A DNA stretch of 63,885 bases, filler included, from Octopus bimaculoides (Eukaryota), in the NCBI RefSeq assembly GCF_001194135.2. It is 8 parts of 8 records of this genome, joined end to end, with 100 filler letters (N's around TTAATTAATTAA, not from the genome) between each part and the next. Parts side by side here need not be neighbours in the genome. Positions count along the whole stretch, not along the records: positions 62,765 to 63,885 come from NW_026362966.1; 7 more parts are not named here. One strand, given 5' to 3'. Positions 63,300 through 63,885 of the stretch are shown one piece after another; the first letter of the stretch is position 1, and every line of letters starts with the position of its first letter. The notes beneath the pieces are model-generated. The model saw only the letters and a list, made by a program, of their open reading frames with translations. It searched no databases and was not told where the DNA came from. The position numbers and the translations under genes are program-made.

Positions 63300-63885
63300 A
63301 TGTAAGGACAAAGACAGGACGAAGGTTACAAAGGGTTTTGTCCGAAAAGAAAACGCTCGTGTAAACAGTGAAGAAAACAGAGAAAGATATAACAAATAAA
63401 ACTCCCAAAAGGGGGAGGGGCTTCGAAAGGTTACACGTGGAAAAACCCAAGTCACGGGAGCCTGGTCAGAAAATAAGAACGGGGGAGAGCCCTTTCTCTT
63501 TTTATATTACCCTTTTTTTACATGTGTATCCTCAGAATTGGTCCGTTCATACTGGCCATTCTTCCAACAGTCACCCATCTTTCAACAAATTTGCCATGAG
63601 ACAGCACTTCTCTCTCTACACTCATCTTCCTTTTCAAGTGGAACTTGAAAAAGTTGATGAGGCCTTGGTCAAAGAGGAAAGTGTCTGACTTTAGCCCTTT
63701 CAAACGGGTCCACCATACTACCTCTTTCGCTACAGCCACTAGACATAGGAAAATTGCCTTGCCGTCCCGGTTAAAGGAGGTCGGCAGGTCAATCTTCACG
63801 ATGGATTCAGCTCATAGCCGAATCCGTCCTACACATGACAGTAGCTGTTCGACATAAACCCATAGGTCAGCAATACTCGGGCACT
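63300..63885 (-). mobile_element. Tx1/L1-like LINE 3' end (ORF2 C-terminus and 3' UTR)
   Basis: CPSIADLWVYVEQLL...GKAIFLCLVAVAKEVVWWTRLKGLK...LINFFKFHLKRKMSVEREVLSHGKFVERW. Confidence 0.8.

Overview
Eukaryotic (animal) genomic DNA: AT-rich, dense in microsatellites and transposons, with many assembly gaps. It is not one locus. Seven artificial 100-bp spacers (44 N + TTAATTAATTAA + 44 N) split it into eight unrelated pieces: 1-10349, 10450-20923, 21024-35080, 35181-45636, 45737-53450, 53551-57685, 57786-62664 and 62765-63885. The SINE families and microsatellite load look like an octopus genome (inference from recalled repeat sequences, no search run). Most ORF-track entries are microsatellite or N-run artefacts. 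Transposon content: at least three tRNA-headed SINE families; decayed LINE fragments (RTE, CR1/L2-like, Tx1/L1-like, RLE-type); a Gypsy integrase end with PPT and LTR; a maT/mariner relic; a piggyBac-like end; several long-TIR MITEs; Penelope-like elements. Host-gene pieces: two convergent candidate terminal exons (FBXL15/jetlag-like LRR on +, PARPBP/PARI-like PIP-box tail on -) and a Thr-rich 20-aa-repeat mucin-like exon. Most notable: hammerhead-ribozyme-fold motifs with single core substitutions, one in a 192-bp element that is identical on two scaffolds and one downstream of an inverted Penelope GIY-YIG pair; TIR elements with telomere-like cores; and CpG decay that differs between scaffolds. 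All protein family calls come from manual translation and motif recall, and many boundaries are approximate.
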